Shown: positions 29,171 through 43,499, counted from the first letter of the stretch. The stretch: DNA of 64,000 bases from Eledone cirrhosa (GCA_964016885.1 OZ024740.1:324632001-324696000), one strand, 5' to 3'. The notes: generated by a model from the letters alone, not told the origin. A program made the numbers and translations.

Positions 29171-29662
29171 CACACACACATACACACGCGTACATCAACA
29201 TACAAAGAGACTTATATATACACACACACACACACACGCACTTCTCCGTATAAGACAAAAGCTGAAAAATATATTTTGACATGCTAAAATACTTTCAGAC
29301 ACATTCTTACTGACCATCCCTGCCACCACAAATTACTCTGCTATACACACACATACACACACACACACACTTATCTTAATAGCCATTTGACACACATCGC
29401 TGCTAACCATTATCACAACATCGAACACCTTCCTACTACTACTACTACACACACACACACACACACATATTTGTTGTGAAAGAGTCATTTCTCAATCTTG
29501 GCGCAAAACCAATTTTTTATTCACATGACCTCTACCGACCAATCAAAATTGTTTCGACCACAAGAATTTTTGCTGGAGCCACTTTTTTAACATAAAAACA
29601 GGTAGAATTCCCAAAACTAATCAGATCAGAGCAAACAGCACGGACACTCTATCTCAAAATTA

Positions 29663-29700
29663 TTTTTGAAAAGCATTTAGAAATGCGCAACCGGTAAAAC
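29663..29700 (+). ncRNA. Hammerhead-like fold with U3-A8 and A13C changes (family G)
   Basis: uuu-UUGAAAA-GCAUUU-ag-AAAUGC-GCAAC-cg-GUA-aaa. GCAAC is present in all three copies. Confidence 0.5.
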
Positions 29701-29816
29701 TTAAAAACTTAAAACTACAACTGAATACTAACCCATACAATCACTAATACTCTTTTATTCCTAATTAAACCATTTTTCAACTGTGAACAATTTGTCAGCA
29801 TTTTCTATTCCGTTTA

Positions 29817-29900
<84 letters not shown>

Positions 29901-30001
29901 GAGGTGAGTTTTATTGTAGCACAATAAAGCAATGTAAATGATATGTTGATTTAAAACTTCACTGCTCACAAGTGTTTTTTAAGCTTCATATCATGTCTCC
30001 C

Positions 30002-30072
30002 TATTTTATCTGATGAGAACGCAGATATCATCCCATGATGATATTTGTTTTTGAAATGCGCATAATAAAATA
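30002..30072 (+). ncRNA. Type I hammerhead ribozyme (family H; unit 29897-30105)
   Basis: Stem I UAUUUUAU/AUAAAAUA; CUGAUGA; long stem II; GAAAU-gcgc-AUA with palindromic loop III. Confidence 0.85.
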
Positions 30073-30183
30073 CTTGAAACTCTTTTAACCATCTTTTGAT
30101 CTTATATTATATATATATATATATATATACAAGGGCGGTGCCCCAGCATGGCCTCAGCCGGATGGCTGAAACAAGTAAAAGAG

Positions 30184-30247
<64 letters not shown>

Positions 30248-30287
30248 TATATATATATATATAATATCTTACATATATAATATCATT

Positions 30288-30331
<44 letters not shown>

Positions 30332-30351
30332 CTTACATATATAATATCATT

Positions 30352-30391
<40 letters not shown>

Positions 30392-30619
30392 GGCAGGTGA
30401 GCTTCCATCTATTTATTTTCATGTGTGTATATGAAATTATCAATGATGTTATATATTAGTGCATTTGATGCATATGACTTCTTTTGACTTTCACACAAAC
30501 ATTCGCACAAACACACATTCACATACATTCACATAAACACACGTACACATACATTTACACACACATATATATGCATAAATATATATATCTGTATACACAA
30601 ATACATATATTATTTTATT

Positions 30620-30948
30620 CGTTTCCTGTTTCAGCCGACTGTCTGGGGCCATTGATGTATCAGGGAATTTGGCACTACTGCCCTTATTTGAGCTTCTGGG
30701 TGTGCTGAAGGTTCATCTGAGAACTTCAAAACATATATATATATGCCTCGTGTAGATCCCTCAGTCTTTTTAGCAACAACAATTAATAAGCTGGAGTCCT
30801 TTAATCACACGTTATTGCAGTACCTTGTTCTTACTCTAGGTACAGCAGATGGATCTCTGGCATTATATAGTGATATGCTCTTCGTCGATTGGTCTAGCTC
30901 TCATTGGCACATTTTGTTGCTAGCCTTTCCAGGATCTTCCATCTCTCC
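30620..30948 (-). mobile_element. Degenerate CR1/L2-like LINE 3' fragment
   Basis: Minus strand reads WKILE...RTRYCNN, similar to 43905-44030. It has the same 3' tail (ggctgaaacagg) as 30130-30186 and 44150-44213. Confidence 0.5.
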
Positions 30949-30965
30949 CTCCCGCCCCCTCTCTT

Positions 30966-31103
<138 letters not shown>

Positions 31104-31210
31104 ATCACTGATGAAGGGTAGTCTCGGCTTCTCTTTCTAATTTTTACTTCATATGTATCACATTCGCAACAACACAGCACGCTATTTTTCATATATATAT
31201 ATATATATAT

Positions 31211-31494
31211 ACAATATATTAATAAATGGAAACTATATTTATAAAACCATATTTATTTCATTATACATATTTAAAGGACACCAAAGCACATTATGGTGCG
31301 CTTTCATCAGATAAAATATAATATAGATCAGTTTTATAAACAAATATTGACATACCCTTAAAAGAATGCGACCATGTCAGCTGGAAGCTCCCATTTATTA
31401 ATATATTGTATTTTTACTCCAACAATTTGTTGAGTGCTTTATATCAGTTATAAAAATATTTGCTTGTTGTATCCAACAAATTAAATATAACTTT

Positions 31495-31497
<3 letters not shown>
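31211..31497. mobile_element. Family J unit with a degenerate hammerhead (minus) and the conserved hairpin (plus)
   Basis: tcatcagataaaata at about 31304-31318; ACTC-CAA-caat-TTG-TT-GAGT at 31416-31435. Related fold-back at 45945-46269. Confidence 0.65.
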
Positions 31498-31548
<51 letters not shown>

Positions 31549-32551
31549 TGTATAGAGGTAGATGTGTTGCTTCCGTAGGCGGTATGCCAAAATTAGCACT
31601 CGATATTCATCAGAGTAGAGTGTAGATATTATCAAGAAAACGAAAAATCAGTGATGCATCTGGACTTAGTTTGCGTATGTATATGTGTATATGTATTTTA
31701 TATATGTATGTATGTATGTATGTGTGTATGTATGTGCGTGTACATGAATATATATTTGTATATATTTATATATATTTTTTTTATATATGTGTGTGTGTTT
31801 TTATGTGTGTATATGTGTTTATGTGTGTGTTTATGGTTGCGCGTAAGTGTGTGAGTGAGTATGTGTGTTTTTTTGTTTTTTTAGGTGTGGTTTTTTTTTG
31901 TCTTTCTGTTTTTTTGTTTTTTTGGGTTTTTTTGTTTTTTTGTGAATGTGTCTGTTGATTTGGCATATTGTTGATTAGTTTAAGAGAAGTTCGAAGATAA
32001 TAGTAAGATATGCACTCAGTATTTTGAATCTGTCTGCAGAATTCCCTAGACCTTTGTCACTTAGCAGAACTTAATGACTTTAGCTTTTAAAGAATCTCCC
32101 TTTTCTTTAATTCTATCGAGCATGAATGACCCCCCACTGATTTTATAGACATCTGCTAGCTTAAGAGAAACTTATTGACAAGGAATGGTATGCCATCCGG
32201 AACCTGTTTATAGAATTCTGTCTGCCTTTGTTACTCTAAAAACATAAATAAATATAAATTAACTATAGCTATGTAGAATTAGCCTTTAATGAATTCCCTT
32301 CTCTATCAACCAATGACCTGCACCCATCCCACTCCCCACCCTCTCCTACCACTTGTAGAGACCTATAAATACCATATTTACTTTTTGATACCCAGATTCC
32401 TGATGATTTCTAATTAATGAAACAGTTCTAGTCCTGTAGAATCTCATCTATATTAAAACTGTTATACTCTGCTATGTATTGAGTACCTTACTTACTGTGG
32501 TTACCTCCGATTCAACCCGGAATAACGTATATATATATATATATATATATA

Positions 32552-32752
32552 TAGCGAAGGAGTTGTGGTAAGGAACCAGATGGACCATAACGCACCAGAG
32601 TACTCAATACTTAGAGTAGTAGAGTGGGTAATAGGAAAATGTATGACCCCGACGGCAGAGCTCAAGCCGTTTCGGCGGCTATTTCTGGACTACTGTAGTC
32701 TAGAAATAGCCGTCGAAACGGCTTGAGCTCTGCCGTCGGGGTCATACATTTT

Positions 32753-32755
<3 letters not shown>
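32552..32755 (-). mobile_element. Family B fold-back unit
   Basis: Palindrome centred on ctggactactgtagtctag. Both arms share copy-specific variants. Confidence 0.85.
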
Positions 32756-32801
<46 letters not shown>

Positions 32802-32809
<8 letters not shown>

Positions 32810-33160
32810 AAGTTAAATAAAAAGTCAAATGATTAAAATTTAGCTTCGTTTATTACTGCTATATATATTTCAGTGACAGCCATCTTTGGCTGTGACCTCT
32901 TCAGGCAGTTTGAATTAGTATGGTATAGACATATGTACTTGTCTATACCATACTAATTCAAACTGCCTGAAGAGATCACAGCCAAAGATGGCTGTCACTG
33001 AAATATATATATAGCAGTAATAAACGAAGCTAAATTTTAATCATTTTACTTTTTATTTAACCTTATTTTACACTACTCCGGAGTAACCAAACCAATCTGC
33101 GCACTTCGTCGAGTGCTCCAGCCTGCATACTGAGGTGTTGGTATACAACCAACATAAACT

Positions 33161-33163
<3 letters not shown>
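32802..33163 (+). mobile_element. Family I hammerhead-bearing fold-back unit
   Basis: About 130-bp inverted arms centred near 32935. Hammerhead at 32962-33018: ACUGC-CUGAAGA-stem II ACAGCCA/UGGCUGU-GAAAUAUAUAUAUA-GCAGU. Confidence 0.88.
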
Positions 33164-33199
<36 letters not shown>

Positions 33200-33201
<2 letters not shown>

Positions 33202-34300
33202 CCTGTTCCATTACTTTCCATATGCCATCTTTGCAAATGGTATCAAATCCCCTTAGTCAAATCGACGAACATCATGGGTAGATCCATGTGCTGCTCCTGG
33301 AATTTTACCTGGAGTTAACGTGTAGCAAATATCATAGCAGCAGTGCCACGCTTTACACGGAAGTCACACTAGCTTTCTGGGTTGAAGCCTTGCTCAAGAT
33401 ATTGGAGAAAGCGATTGAGCAAGACGCGGACTATGAGGGAGATGCCTCAGTGACTGCTACAAGACGGTCGCCTATCATTTTCTAGTTGTGAACGATGCTG
33501 GAATATCTCAACTGCTGTGGGACTTTTACTAGGTTGGAAGAGATCAATCAGATCCCGCCTCACGAGAGGGCCTCCTACCGTGTATAATGCAGCAGGGATT
33601 GTATTTTATCCTGGTGTTTAGTTTACTGATCGCTTTTCTGACTTCTTCTGTATGTGGATGTGTTTTCTTTTGGGGGTGGGGGACATGGTCTTGGTTGAAC
33701 GCCACCTATGGTAGGCAAGCGATGACTTCAACACTGATTAAGGCTGAGTGGCTGAAAACATGGTTGAAGTGTTCAGCCCATCTTTACAGAATCTACTTTT
33801 TCTCTATTAACAGCTGAGTTCCATCTTCACTGATGATGGATGATGAGTCAGGGAACAGAGGTACATTGGCAGCCATAGGCAGCCTTCAAAGCATCGTAGA
33901 AATGCTTGATATCATAATTGTCTGCATAGGATTGGATTCTATTGGCCTTATTGCTGGATCTCACGTAATTTCTTCTGCAAATTTCGTCTTTAACTGTGAT
34001 GTGGGATCATTTTGATGATTACTGAAACGTTGGTGCTTCTCTGACAACAATGCTTGGCCCGTTTCATCGTTCTCATCACATCAGTCTTGATTTCTGAGGA
34101 TTGCTCGTCTACAGTGTTCAAGAGTTAAAATTGTCCACTGCTCTTCAATGCTGGTATGGTCATCGTGGTTACTCGGTAGTTCTATGATGGTATGATGGTG
34201 AAAGTTTTGGACGATGGTGACTTGTTAGAAGCCTTCGCATTGACAAACAGTGAGATGGAAATTTTCGTTCTTAGACATTTTACCAGATACAGGGCAGATG
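33200..34300 (-). pseudogene. Degenerate RTE (BovB-like) LINE ORF fragment
   Basis: Minus strand reads RNQD*CDENDE and IQSYADNYDIKHFYDALKAAYG, typical of the RTE endonuclease-RT linker. Many disruptions. Confidence 0.65.
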
Positions 34301-34879
34301 GCAGGTTATTTTTACTCGGGCGTTTACTTACTGTTTACTTACTCTTAAAAAAGTAAAAAAGATAGTCTTCAGAGACATCTTATTCGCTGATGAGTGAGCT
34401 CTCAATGCTAGCTCACCGCATAAGATGCAACAAGAAACTGACAGCACACACAATTTGCACACAATGTATGTATGCGTATATATATATGTGAGTGTGTGTA
34501 TATATATATATGTGTGTGTGTCTATGATCACTGTATATAGATCACAGACACCCACATATATATACACGCACACGTACATATATATGTATACACACACACA
34601 CATTTATATATATATACATACACATACGTATATGTATAGGCCTTCCAGTTTCATTTCACATTATATACATGTCTGCGTATATTTAGATTACACAAAAATT
34701 ATTTTGAAGGGAACGTGACCCAACGGGTCACTGGTGGTCTAGTATATTATAAATAATCGGGACCCGACGGCTGAGCTCTTGTCGTTTGAACCCATGAGCT
34801 TGGATCCTGACTTTTTATAATATAGCCATACTCTAGTAACTATAGTATCGAGTACCCTAGCAGATCGAAGGGCAGGCGT

Positions 34880-35190
34880 CCGAAATGAACAAAAGAAGGA
34901 CAGAACATGTAACTGCAGAGCGGGTACCCAGTGCCCCCTACAGCGAAGATGCCTGACGAAGGGCCTGTTATATAAATGTGTGGTTAGCACCCACAATATA
35001 AAGCGCACCTACAACGGCGCAACATCCACGACCTTTAAACACGACCTCCTTCAAGGACCACAGTAAGAGGCACTCCACTAGGCTAGCGGACCTGGTGTGG
35101 GACTTGAAAAACAAGGGCACCCCGTACGCCCTTGACTGGAGTATCGTTCGGCACGCGAATGCATACTCGGCTGGAAGTAGAAAGTGTAGC
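34880..35190 (+). pseudogene. PLE GIY-YIG endonuclease remnant (not in the ORF track)
   Basis: RTCNCRAGTQCPLQRRCLTKGLLYKCVV...RTYNGATSTTFK, then a frameshift, then SFKDHSKRHSTRLADLVWDLK...LDWSIVRHANAYSAGSRKC. Confidence 0.8.
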
Positions 35191-35968
35191 ACACTCTCCG
35201 CATGGAATCCACCGGGAAGCCCAGGCTAAGGGCATGCGGTGGAGCACGCGCCGACCAGAGTGACGAAACGGGTTCAAGGGATCAGACACCATACCCTGAT
35301 GACAATATATGCCCCGTGGGGTAAACCAAAATAACCCAAGATGCATACCCGACTCTGCACGTCACCCTAGGCAAGAACATTGCCTGAGCCGGGACAGGTT
35401 GACCCGGATTCCACGGTCTTTCAGTCTAATACCTTACACCTATAGGACAACATACCTCAACCACAGTGACATACTCCAATATGGCCGGGCTACGCACCCC
35501 CGTGCATGTGTACCTTTTCAATCGAGAATACATACTCTCCACATGTTCCATTTTGGAACACATATTATTTGTTCCGTATACAGGCCCCAGTGTACATCTC
35601 ATACTCCCCATATGTACTATATCACACGCATACACGTAGCTTCTTTCTTCTCTCTTTTTTTATATCTCTCTATGTGACGTTATATGTATATTTTAATATA
35701 TTGTATACTTATTTATTTGTGTATATGTGTATGCGTATGTGTATATATATATGTGTGTGTGTATGTAGAGAGATATTTATGTATACGTTATGTGAATGTG
35801 TATGGATGTATGTATATGATTATACTGTTTATATTTGTGCATGTTTAGTACAAGATACATCTTTTAATGTACGACGTTATATGTATATTTTAGTATAGTG
35901 TAGGTTTTTTTTATAGATGTGTATGTATGTGTGGGTATGTACACACATATATATATATATATGTGTGC

Positions 35969-36008
<40 letters not shown>

Positions 36009-36304
36009 AAGTGTGTGTATATATATATATGTATGTGTATATATATATACATTTTTATTTTATTTACTTATTTATTTATTTATGTGTGTATGTATGCATG
36101 TATGGGTACGGATGTATGTATTTGGTTACATTGTTTATATTTGTGCATGTGTATAACAAGATGCATCCTTTCATGGATGACCCTGTATGACCCATTGTGT
36201 AGATTTATATGACTCTGTGAGTATAGCATATCTGAGAACGGACAGATATATGAGGACGCGTATGTTGTTATTTATATGGTTGTGTGCGTGTGTGTGTGTA
36301 TGTG

Positions 36305-36355
<51 letters not shown>

Positions 36356-36820
36356 TTTCTGAAATAGTTTAGCAAGATTCTTTATCTGAAATCGTGTGTT
36401 GAAACCGATATTGTTATACTTTGGAAGGTCATGTTGCCAATAAGAAACACACGCACCAGTTGCTTTCACTTCAATTTATTATATATTTATAAATTTATAA
36501 ATTTATAAATTTCTGGTTGTTTGGTTGGTTCCACAACCAGATAGTTGTTTATATATAGTCATAGTTCTTTCGTCACATATATATATATATATAGTAATAA
36601 TATATATATATATATATAGTAATAATAATAAATTTGAAGACTAAAATCCAATAAGGATAAATATATATCAAATATATAAGAACCGTAGATCAAATATTTA
36701 TTAAAATAACAGATTAAAGTTTAAGCAAAGAATCGCTGCTTTCACCCTTAACGGGTTTCAGAAGATCCCGTTAAGGGTGAAAGCAGCGATTCTTTGCTTA
36801 AACATTAATCTGTTATTTTA

Positions 36821-36896
<76 letters not shown>

Positions 36897-37183
36897 ATAT
36901 GTATAGTTGTGTGTGAGTACGCGAGCGGACTTGTGAAATACCAAACCCACCATGGATTCATTGAAGTGTGTCAGGCGGAGGGGCAGCTGATGGCCAGTGT
37001 GACAGCAACTATTGGCCATAATTTATGATGACGTAGAAAAAACAACAGCCAACAGCAGGACAAGCGAGGAAGATGTTTTTTGACGATAACACCCCAGTGA
37101 AAAAATTTGAACCGAAATTATTGCAAGTGTCCGACGAACCTGCAGGTCCAGAATCAGACAGATCCATACAATGATCGTGTCTC

Positions 37184-37239
<56 letters not shown>

Positions 37240-37240
37240 T

Positions 37241-37858
37241 TTTGAGTATATGTTGGTTGTATACCAACACCTCAGTATGCAGGCTGGAGCACTCGACGAA
37301 GTGCGCAGGTTGGTTTGGTTACTCCGGAGTAACGTAAAATAAAGTTAAATAAAAAGTCAAATGTTTAAAATTTAGCTTCGTTTATTACTGCTATATATAT
37401 TTCAGTGACAGCCATCTTTGGCTGTGATCTCTTCAGGCAGTCCGAATTAGTATGGTATAGACAAGTACATATGTTGTTGAGGTGTATATTATTGTCAATA
37501 CTCTGATATGCCCAGTTCCTGGTTGGGTTGTTATTTCACTGAGGAACTGGAATCAAACCTCAGTGAAATAACAACCCAACCAGGAACTGGGCATATCAGA
37601 GTATTGACAATATTATACACCTCAACAACATATGTACTTGTCTATACCACACTAATTCGGACTGCCTGAAGAGGTCACAGCCAAAGATGGCTGTCACTGA
37701 AATATATATAACAGTAATAAACGAAGCTAAATTTTAAACATTTGACTTTTTATTTAACTTTATTTTACATTACTCCGGAGTAACCAAACCAACCCGCGCA
37801 CTTCGTCGAGTGCTCCAGCCTGCATACTGAGGTGTTGGTATACAACCAACATATACTC

Positions 37859-37865
<7 letters not shown>
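37241..37865. mobile_element. Family I long fold-back unit (about 300-bp arms, two opposed hammerheads)
   Basis: Near-perfect palindrome centred on cactgaggaactggaatcaaacctcagtg. Hammerhead at 37661-37715 (+), mirrored near 37387-37441. Confidence 0.9.
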
Positions 37866-37935
<70 letters not shown>

Positions 37936-37983
37936 AAACGAAAAATCAGTGATGCATCTGAACCCAATTTATTGTATATACAT

Positions 37984-38025
<42 letters not shown>

Positions 38026-38216
38026 TAAACGGAATAGAAAATGCTGACAAATTGTTCACAGTTGAAAAATGGTTTAATTAGGAATAAAAGAGTATTAGTG
38101 ATTGTATGGGTTAGTATTCAGTTGTGGTTTTAAGTTTTTAAGTTTTTACCGGTTGCGCATTTCTAAATGCTTTTCAAAAATAATTTTGAGATAGAGTGTC
38201 CGTGCTGTTTGCTCTG

Positions 38217-38261
<45 letters not shown>

Positions 38262-38290
38262 TATAATTATTATTATTATTATTATTATTA

Positions 38291-38485
38291 TGTGAATTGG
38301 CAGTATCGGTAGAGGGTCGGACGCCATGCTTTGACGCATAGAGTTACGGCCCTTGCCATTCTGAGTTCAAATACCGCCGAGGTTAACTTTGCCTTTCATC
38401 CTTACGGGGTCGATAAAATAAAGTACCAGTAATACACTGGGCAATTGCTGGCCTTGTGCCAAAAGTAGAAACAATTATTATTATT
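38291..38485 (+). mobile_element. SINE family 1
   Basis: Near full-length copy with A and B boxes and a (TTA)n tail. Confidence 0.88.
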
Positions 38486-38632
38486 GTTCTTTGAGTCTCA
38501 GTCATTGATGTTAGTTAACTGGAAAGTTTGTTGAAATGAATATCAAGCCACTACCTGCAGCCTCAGATATTCAGGACGTATCGGAGGGTTCTTGACGTTC
38601 CCAGCAAGCATGCCTTTTGAAGCGTTCCAAAA

Positions 38633-40262
38633 TATTATTATTATTATTATTACAGCTGCATTTATCTTGCTTTATGTTCATACGAGTTATCACCAAGTCA
38701 CAACCAGTGACCTCAAGAGACAACAAGGTCCGCCATGTTCAAGAAAGAACATACATACTCACACATGCATCTTTAGTGTTTAGACTTGTGATGTACTTAT
38801 ATTGACAGAATCTTCCTTAGTATATGGGCAGTTCCCATTAGTACTATCTTTTGTATTTCTCCTATACGCGGGTTTCCTGGGATTTGCGATAAGTAATCAT
38901 TAGACCCCTTAGGTATCATTCCTAGAGCGCCTACAACCACTGGTATTGTTTTAGTTCTCAATTTCCACATTTTTCCAATTTCTATCTCCAGGTCCTTATA
39001 CTTGCTCAATTTTTCAAATGCTTTTATAGATACATTCTTGTCTATTGGAACGGACATATCAATTAGCAGGCATACCCTCCTTTGAAAGTCCTTCAATATT
39101 ATATCAGGTCTATTTGCATCTATTTTTCGGTCTGTTTGGATGCTAAAGTTCCACAAGATTGAGATGTGATCTTTTTCAAGTATGGGAGGTGGTTGATGCT
39201 CCCACCAATTCTTTTGATGGGGCAGGTCAAAATGCTTACACATTATGCAATGTATGTATTGTGCAGCTCTGTCATGCCTGTTTAGGTATTCGGTTGGAGC
39301 ATTGAAATTATATGGTCAATGGTCTCTGGTTGTTTTTTTACATACACGGCATAATGGGCTGCATCCATTTTTTATTATGTTGGCTTGGTAATTTTTTGTT
39401 GGCAGACACTGATCTTGTGCTGATATAATCAGTCCTTCAGTCTCCGATTTCAGTCCAGATGATGCCAACCACTGATGGATTAAAGTTTTGTCAACATCAG
39501 GATTGTTAGCTCGTTCTGGGTATTTTCCATACAGAGGTTTTTCTTGCCATTTCTTAGCCAGTTTCTGTAGCAGTTCTTTCTTTGCAGTTACTTTTACCTG
39601 CTTTGCTTTTTCTGTGTTTTCCATTTCAGCAGTAAATGGGACTTCTGAAATTTGTAGTCCATTACTGTATCTTTGTGCATTTTTTGTAATGGAGTATGAT
39701 CTTTTGATGCTTTCGTGTTTCAAAACGAGTTTGATAATCCAATCATGTGATTCCCTTAGATATGTAGATAATCCAATTGTTGCAGTTTTCAACGCAATGT
39801 CTAACTAGAATAACCCACGTCCTCCTTCTTTCCTAGGGAGATATATTCTATCTGTATCTGCCTTAGGGTGATGCATTCTGTGCATGGTTAAGAATTTTCG
39901 AATTTTTGTATCGAGCCTACGGATCTCTGTGCTTGACCAGTTGATGACATTGTAACTGTAGGTTACTACTGATATGGCAAGCGTGTTTATGGCATCGATC
40001 CTATTCCTTGCATTCAATTCCGTTCTTAAGATTGCTCTTACTCTGAGGTAACATTCCTTCCTTATCCTTTCACTCATTGTCGAATGCTTGATTCCGTCTC
40101 CTTCACAAACACCTAGATATTTGTAAGTTTCCTCTTGATCAAGTTCTTTTATCACATTCCCTCGATCAAGATTAATGTCTGAACTTTTCAGCAGCTTTCC
40201 TCTGGTGAACGTTGCTTTGGCGCATTTATCTAGTCCAAACTCCATTATTATTATTATTATTA
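38633..40262 (-). mobile_element. 5'-truncated RLE non-LTR retrotransposon (Dong/R4-like) in (TAA)n
   Basis: RT C-terminus (MEFGLDKCA, YKYLG), CRVC..H zinc knuckle, RPDII..LIDMSVP..K.SKY.DL restriction-like endonuclease. Stops and frameshifts present. (TAA)n at both ends. Confidence 0.9.
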
Positions 40263-40263
40263 T

Positions 40264-40468
40264 TGGATTGGCAGTATCGGTAGAGGGTCGGACGCCATGC
40301 TTTCCAGCTTAGTTACGTCCCTTTACGATCTGAGTTCAAATCCCGCCGAGGTTGACTTTTCCTTTCATCCTTACGGGGTCGATAAAATAAAGTACCAGTA
40401 ATGCACTGGGTAATTGCTGGCCTTGTGCCTAAAGTAGAAACAATTATTATTATTATTATTATTATTAT
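40264..40468 (+). mobile_element. SINE family 1
   Basis: Near full-length copy with a (TTA)n tail. Confidence 0.88.
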
Positions 40469-41094
40469 ATACATATTTATTTATATGGGTTGGGTGTATA
40501 AATATGAAAATATGATTATATGATTAAATGATTGATATTTTACAAATAATCTTTCGTTTTCGTTCATCAAAATAAGCGAGCAAATCATTGAAAATAGACC
40601 CTATCAAATTATAAACCATCCTGCAATGGAAGAAACACCCGAGGCGTTATTTCACTGGAAGCAATACGGCTAGCAATATCATGATAAATCTGCAGTAATT
40701 TGTTACATCTAAAACTCTCATTTGATCCCTATTTACTCATACGCATTCATCACATACATATACTCACATATACACTCACTGTCATACTCACATACATATA
40801 CACACACGCATGCATATATATATGTGTGAGTGCGTATATGTATATGTATGTGAATATATGTGTGTGTGTGTATGTATGTAAAGACACATACTTGAACACA
40901 CATATGTATATATATATATATACATATGTATGTTCAAGTATGTGTCTTTACATACATATATATATACATATGTGTATGTATAGGTACATACATATATGTA
41001 TACAGACGTATATATATATACATACATGCACACATATATATATATGTACGTATGGGTTTACCGAACATTTATTATAATGTTCGGTTTGTTTGTA

Positions 41095-41149
<55 letters not shown>

Positions 41150-41303
41150 GCATAATAGACATATACATGTATGTATGTGCATACATACACACATACGCAC
41201 TCACAGATATACATATGTGTGCATATGTATATATATATATATATATATATTATATGTGTGTTTGTGTATGTGTATCTCTCTTTCTCCCTCACTCACTCTC
41301 TCT

Positions 41304-41348
<45 letters not shown>

Positions 41349-41679
41349 CACACATATATATATATATGTGTGTGTGTGGAGGGGCGATTATGTATATATA
41401 CATTTGTGTGGGAGGAATTTGGCGAAGTATATCTAGATATATCAGCGGAATAGCAAATGGTATATTTACAGAATGGTAAATGTTTAGAACTAAAAACTCC
41501 CGTTTCATTCCTATTTATATTAGGAACACACACACACACACAAACACACACATACACAGACACATACACACACACAAGGTCACACACACACATATATATA
41601 TATATATGTATCTTCATACATATATATGTTTATATGTGTATTTATACATTATATATATGTATATACTTATATGAATATT

Positions 41680-41724
<45 letters not shown>

Positions 41725-41765
41725 ATGCATGTATATCTATCTATGTATATATCTCTCCCGCTCCT

Positions 41766-41830
<65 letters not shown>

Positions 41831-42529
41831 CACTCACACACACACACATATATATATATATAACACTCACACACACACACATATATATATAACACTCTCA
41901 CATATATATATTTGTATTTCGCTCTCATATTTACATTAGGAACACACCGAATAAATAAGCGGAGAAGATTTGATATGCGAAAAAATTAGGAACATTTTTT
42001 ATCTATTTTTATTTTCTATATCATCGTCTTCAAAGAAAATAAGGATTCTTCGTGTGTATGTGTGTATGTTTGTGTTAGTGATTTATGAGTTTGTTAGTGA
42101 AGGTACATATATATATATACATTTGAGTGTGTGTATGTGTGTATACATGTACAGGTGCATGTGTTTATGTTAGTGTTTATATATATAAATATGTGATTAT
42201 GAGTGTGTGCTTATTTTTGTTATAGTGTTTTATATAGATGAGTGTACATTTGCCTGTATGTATAGATGTGTGTATATGTATATATAAATTACTATATGTA
42301 TGGATGTAGATGTACCTTTATATTCATGTTTTATTTATGCGTGTATGTTGGTCTTTATGCAGTTATTTATAGATGTTTAAGTATCTGTCTGTGTATATAT
42401 ATGTGTGTACAACCTAGATGCTATCAAGTTTCAGTCATATAATTATTTTTACGTCCAGTGGAATATTTCTGAGAATAAATATTATACCTACCTAAAGAAA
42501 TCATTATCCCTACCTACGGGTATATATGA

Positions 42530-42580
<51 letters not shown>

Positions 42581-42587
42581 TACACTT

Positions 42588-42644
<57 letters not shown>

Positions 42645-42720
42645 TATATATATATATATGTATGTATGTATATATGCGTGTATATATATATATGTATATA
42701 TTTATATATATATACATATA

Positions 42721-42777
<57 letters not shown>

Positions 42778-42779
<2 letters not shown>

Positions 42780-42972
42780 CGAAGGAGTTGTGGTATGGAA
42801 CCAGATGGACCATAAGGTACCAGAGTACTCAATACTTAGGGTAGTAGAGTGGGTAATAGGAAAAGGTTCAGGAGCCTGACGGCAGAGCTCAAGCCGTTTC
42901 GACGGCTATTTCTGGACTAAAATAACCGTCGAAATGGCTTGAGCTCTGCCGTCAGGCTCCTGAACCTTTTCC

Positions 42973-43008
<36 letters not shown>

Positions 43009-43197
43009 GAACGAGTAGGACCCCGACGGCTGAGCTCAAGCCGTTTCGACGGCTAATTCTGGACTAGAATTAGCCGTCGAAACGGCTTGAGCTCAGCCGT
43101 CGGGGTCCTACTCTTTCCTATTACCCACTCTACTACCCTAAGTATTGAGTACTTTGGTGCGTTATGGTCCACCTGGTTCCTTACCACATTTCCTTCG

Positions 43198-43200
<3 letters not shown>
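42778..43200. mobile_element. Two family B fold-back units in opposite orientation, separated by (TA)n
   Basis: 42778-42973 (-) and 43009-43200 (+). Each is palindromic about the putative stem II. Confidence 0.85.
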
Positions 43201-43292
<92 letters not shown>

Positions 43293-43499
43293 CATAAATA
43301 GAGTTTGTGGTGCTGAGAACCAAGGAGACCACTAATCATTTGAGTACTCGATACGTATGGAAATGTAGAGTGGGTATAGAGATATGTAAAAGCCCGACCG
43401 CGGCGTCAAGCGGTTCCGGCTTGTGTACACGCGGCCGGAATTTTACATAGCTCTCTTTCACTCTCTCTCTTTCTCTGTCTCTGTCTTTGTCTCTGTCTG

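Larger units (their letters stand above)
27201..29821 (+). mobile_element. 5'-truncated Penelope-like element with inverted pseudo-LTRs (family G)
   Basis: 27201-27660 (with an internal tandem duplication of about 105 bp) is the reverse complement of 29475-29821. The repeats enclose an RT C-terminus plus GIY-YIG ORF, with TA flanks. A solo copy lies at 38021-38217. Confidence 0.9.
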
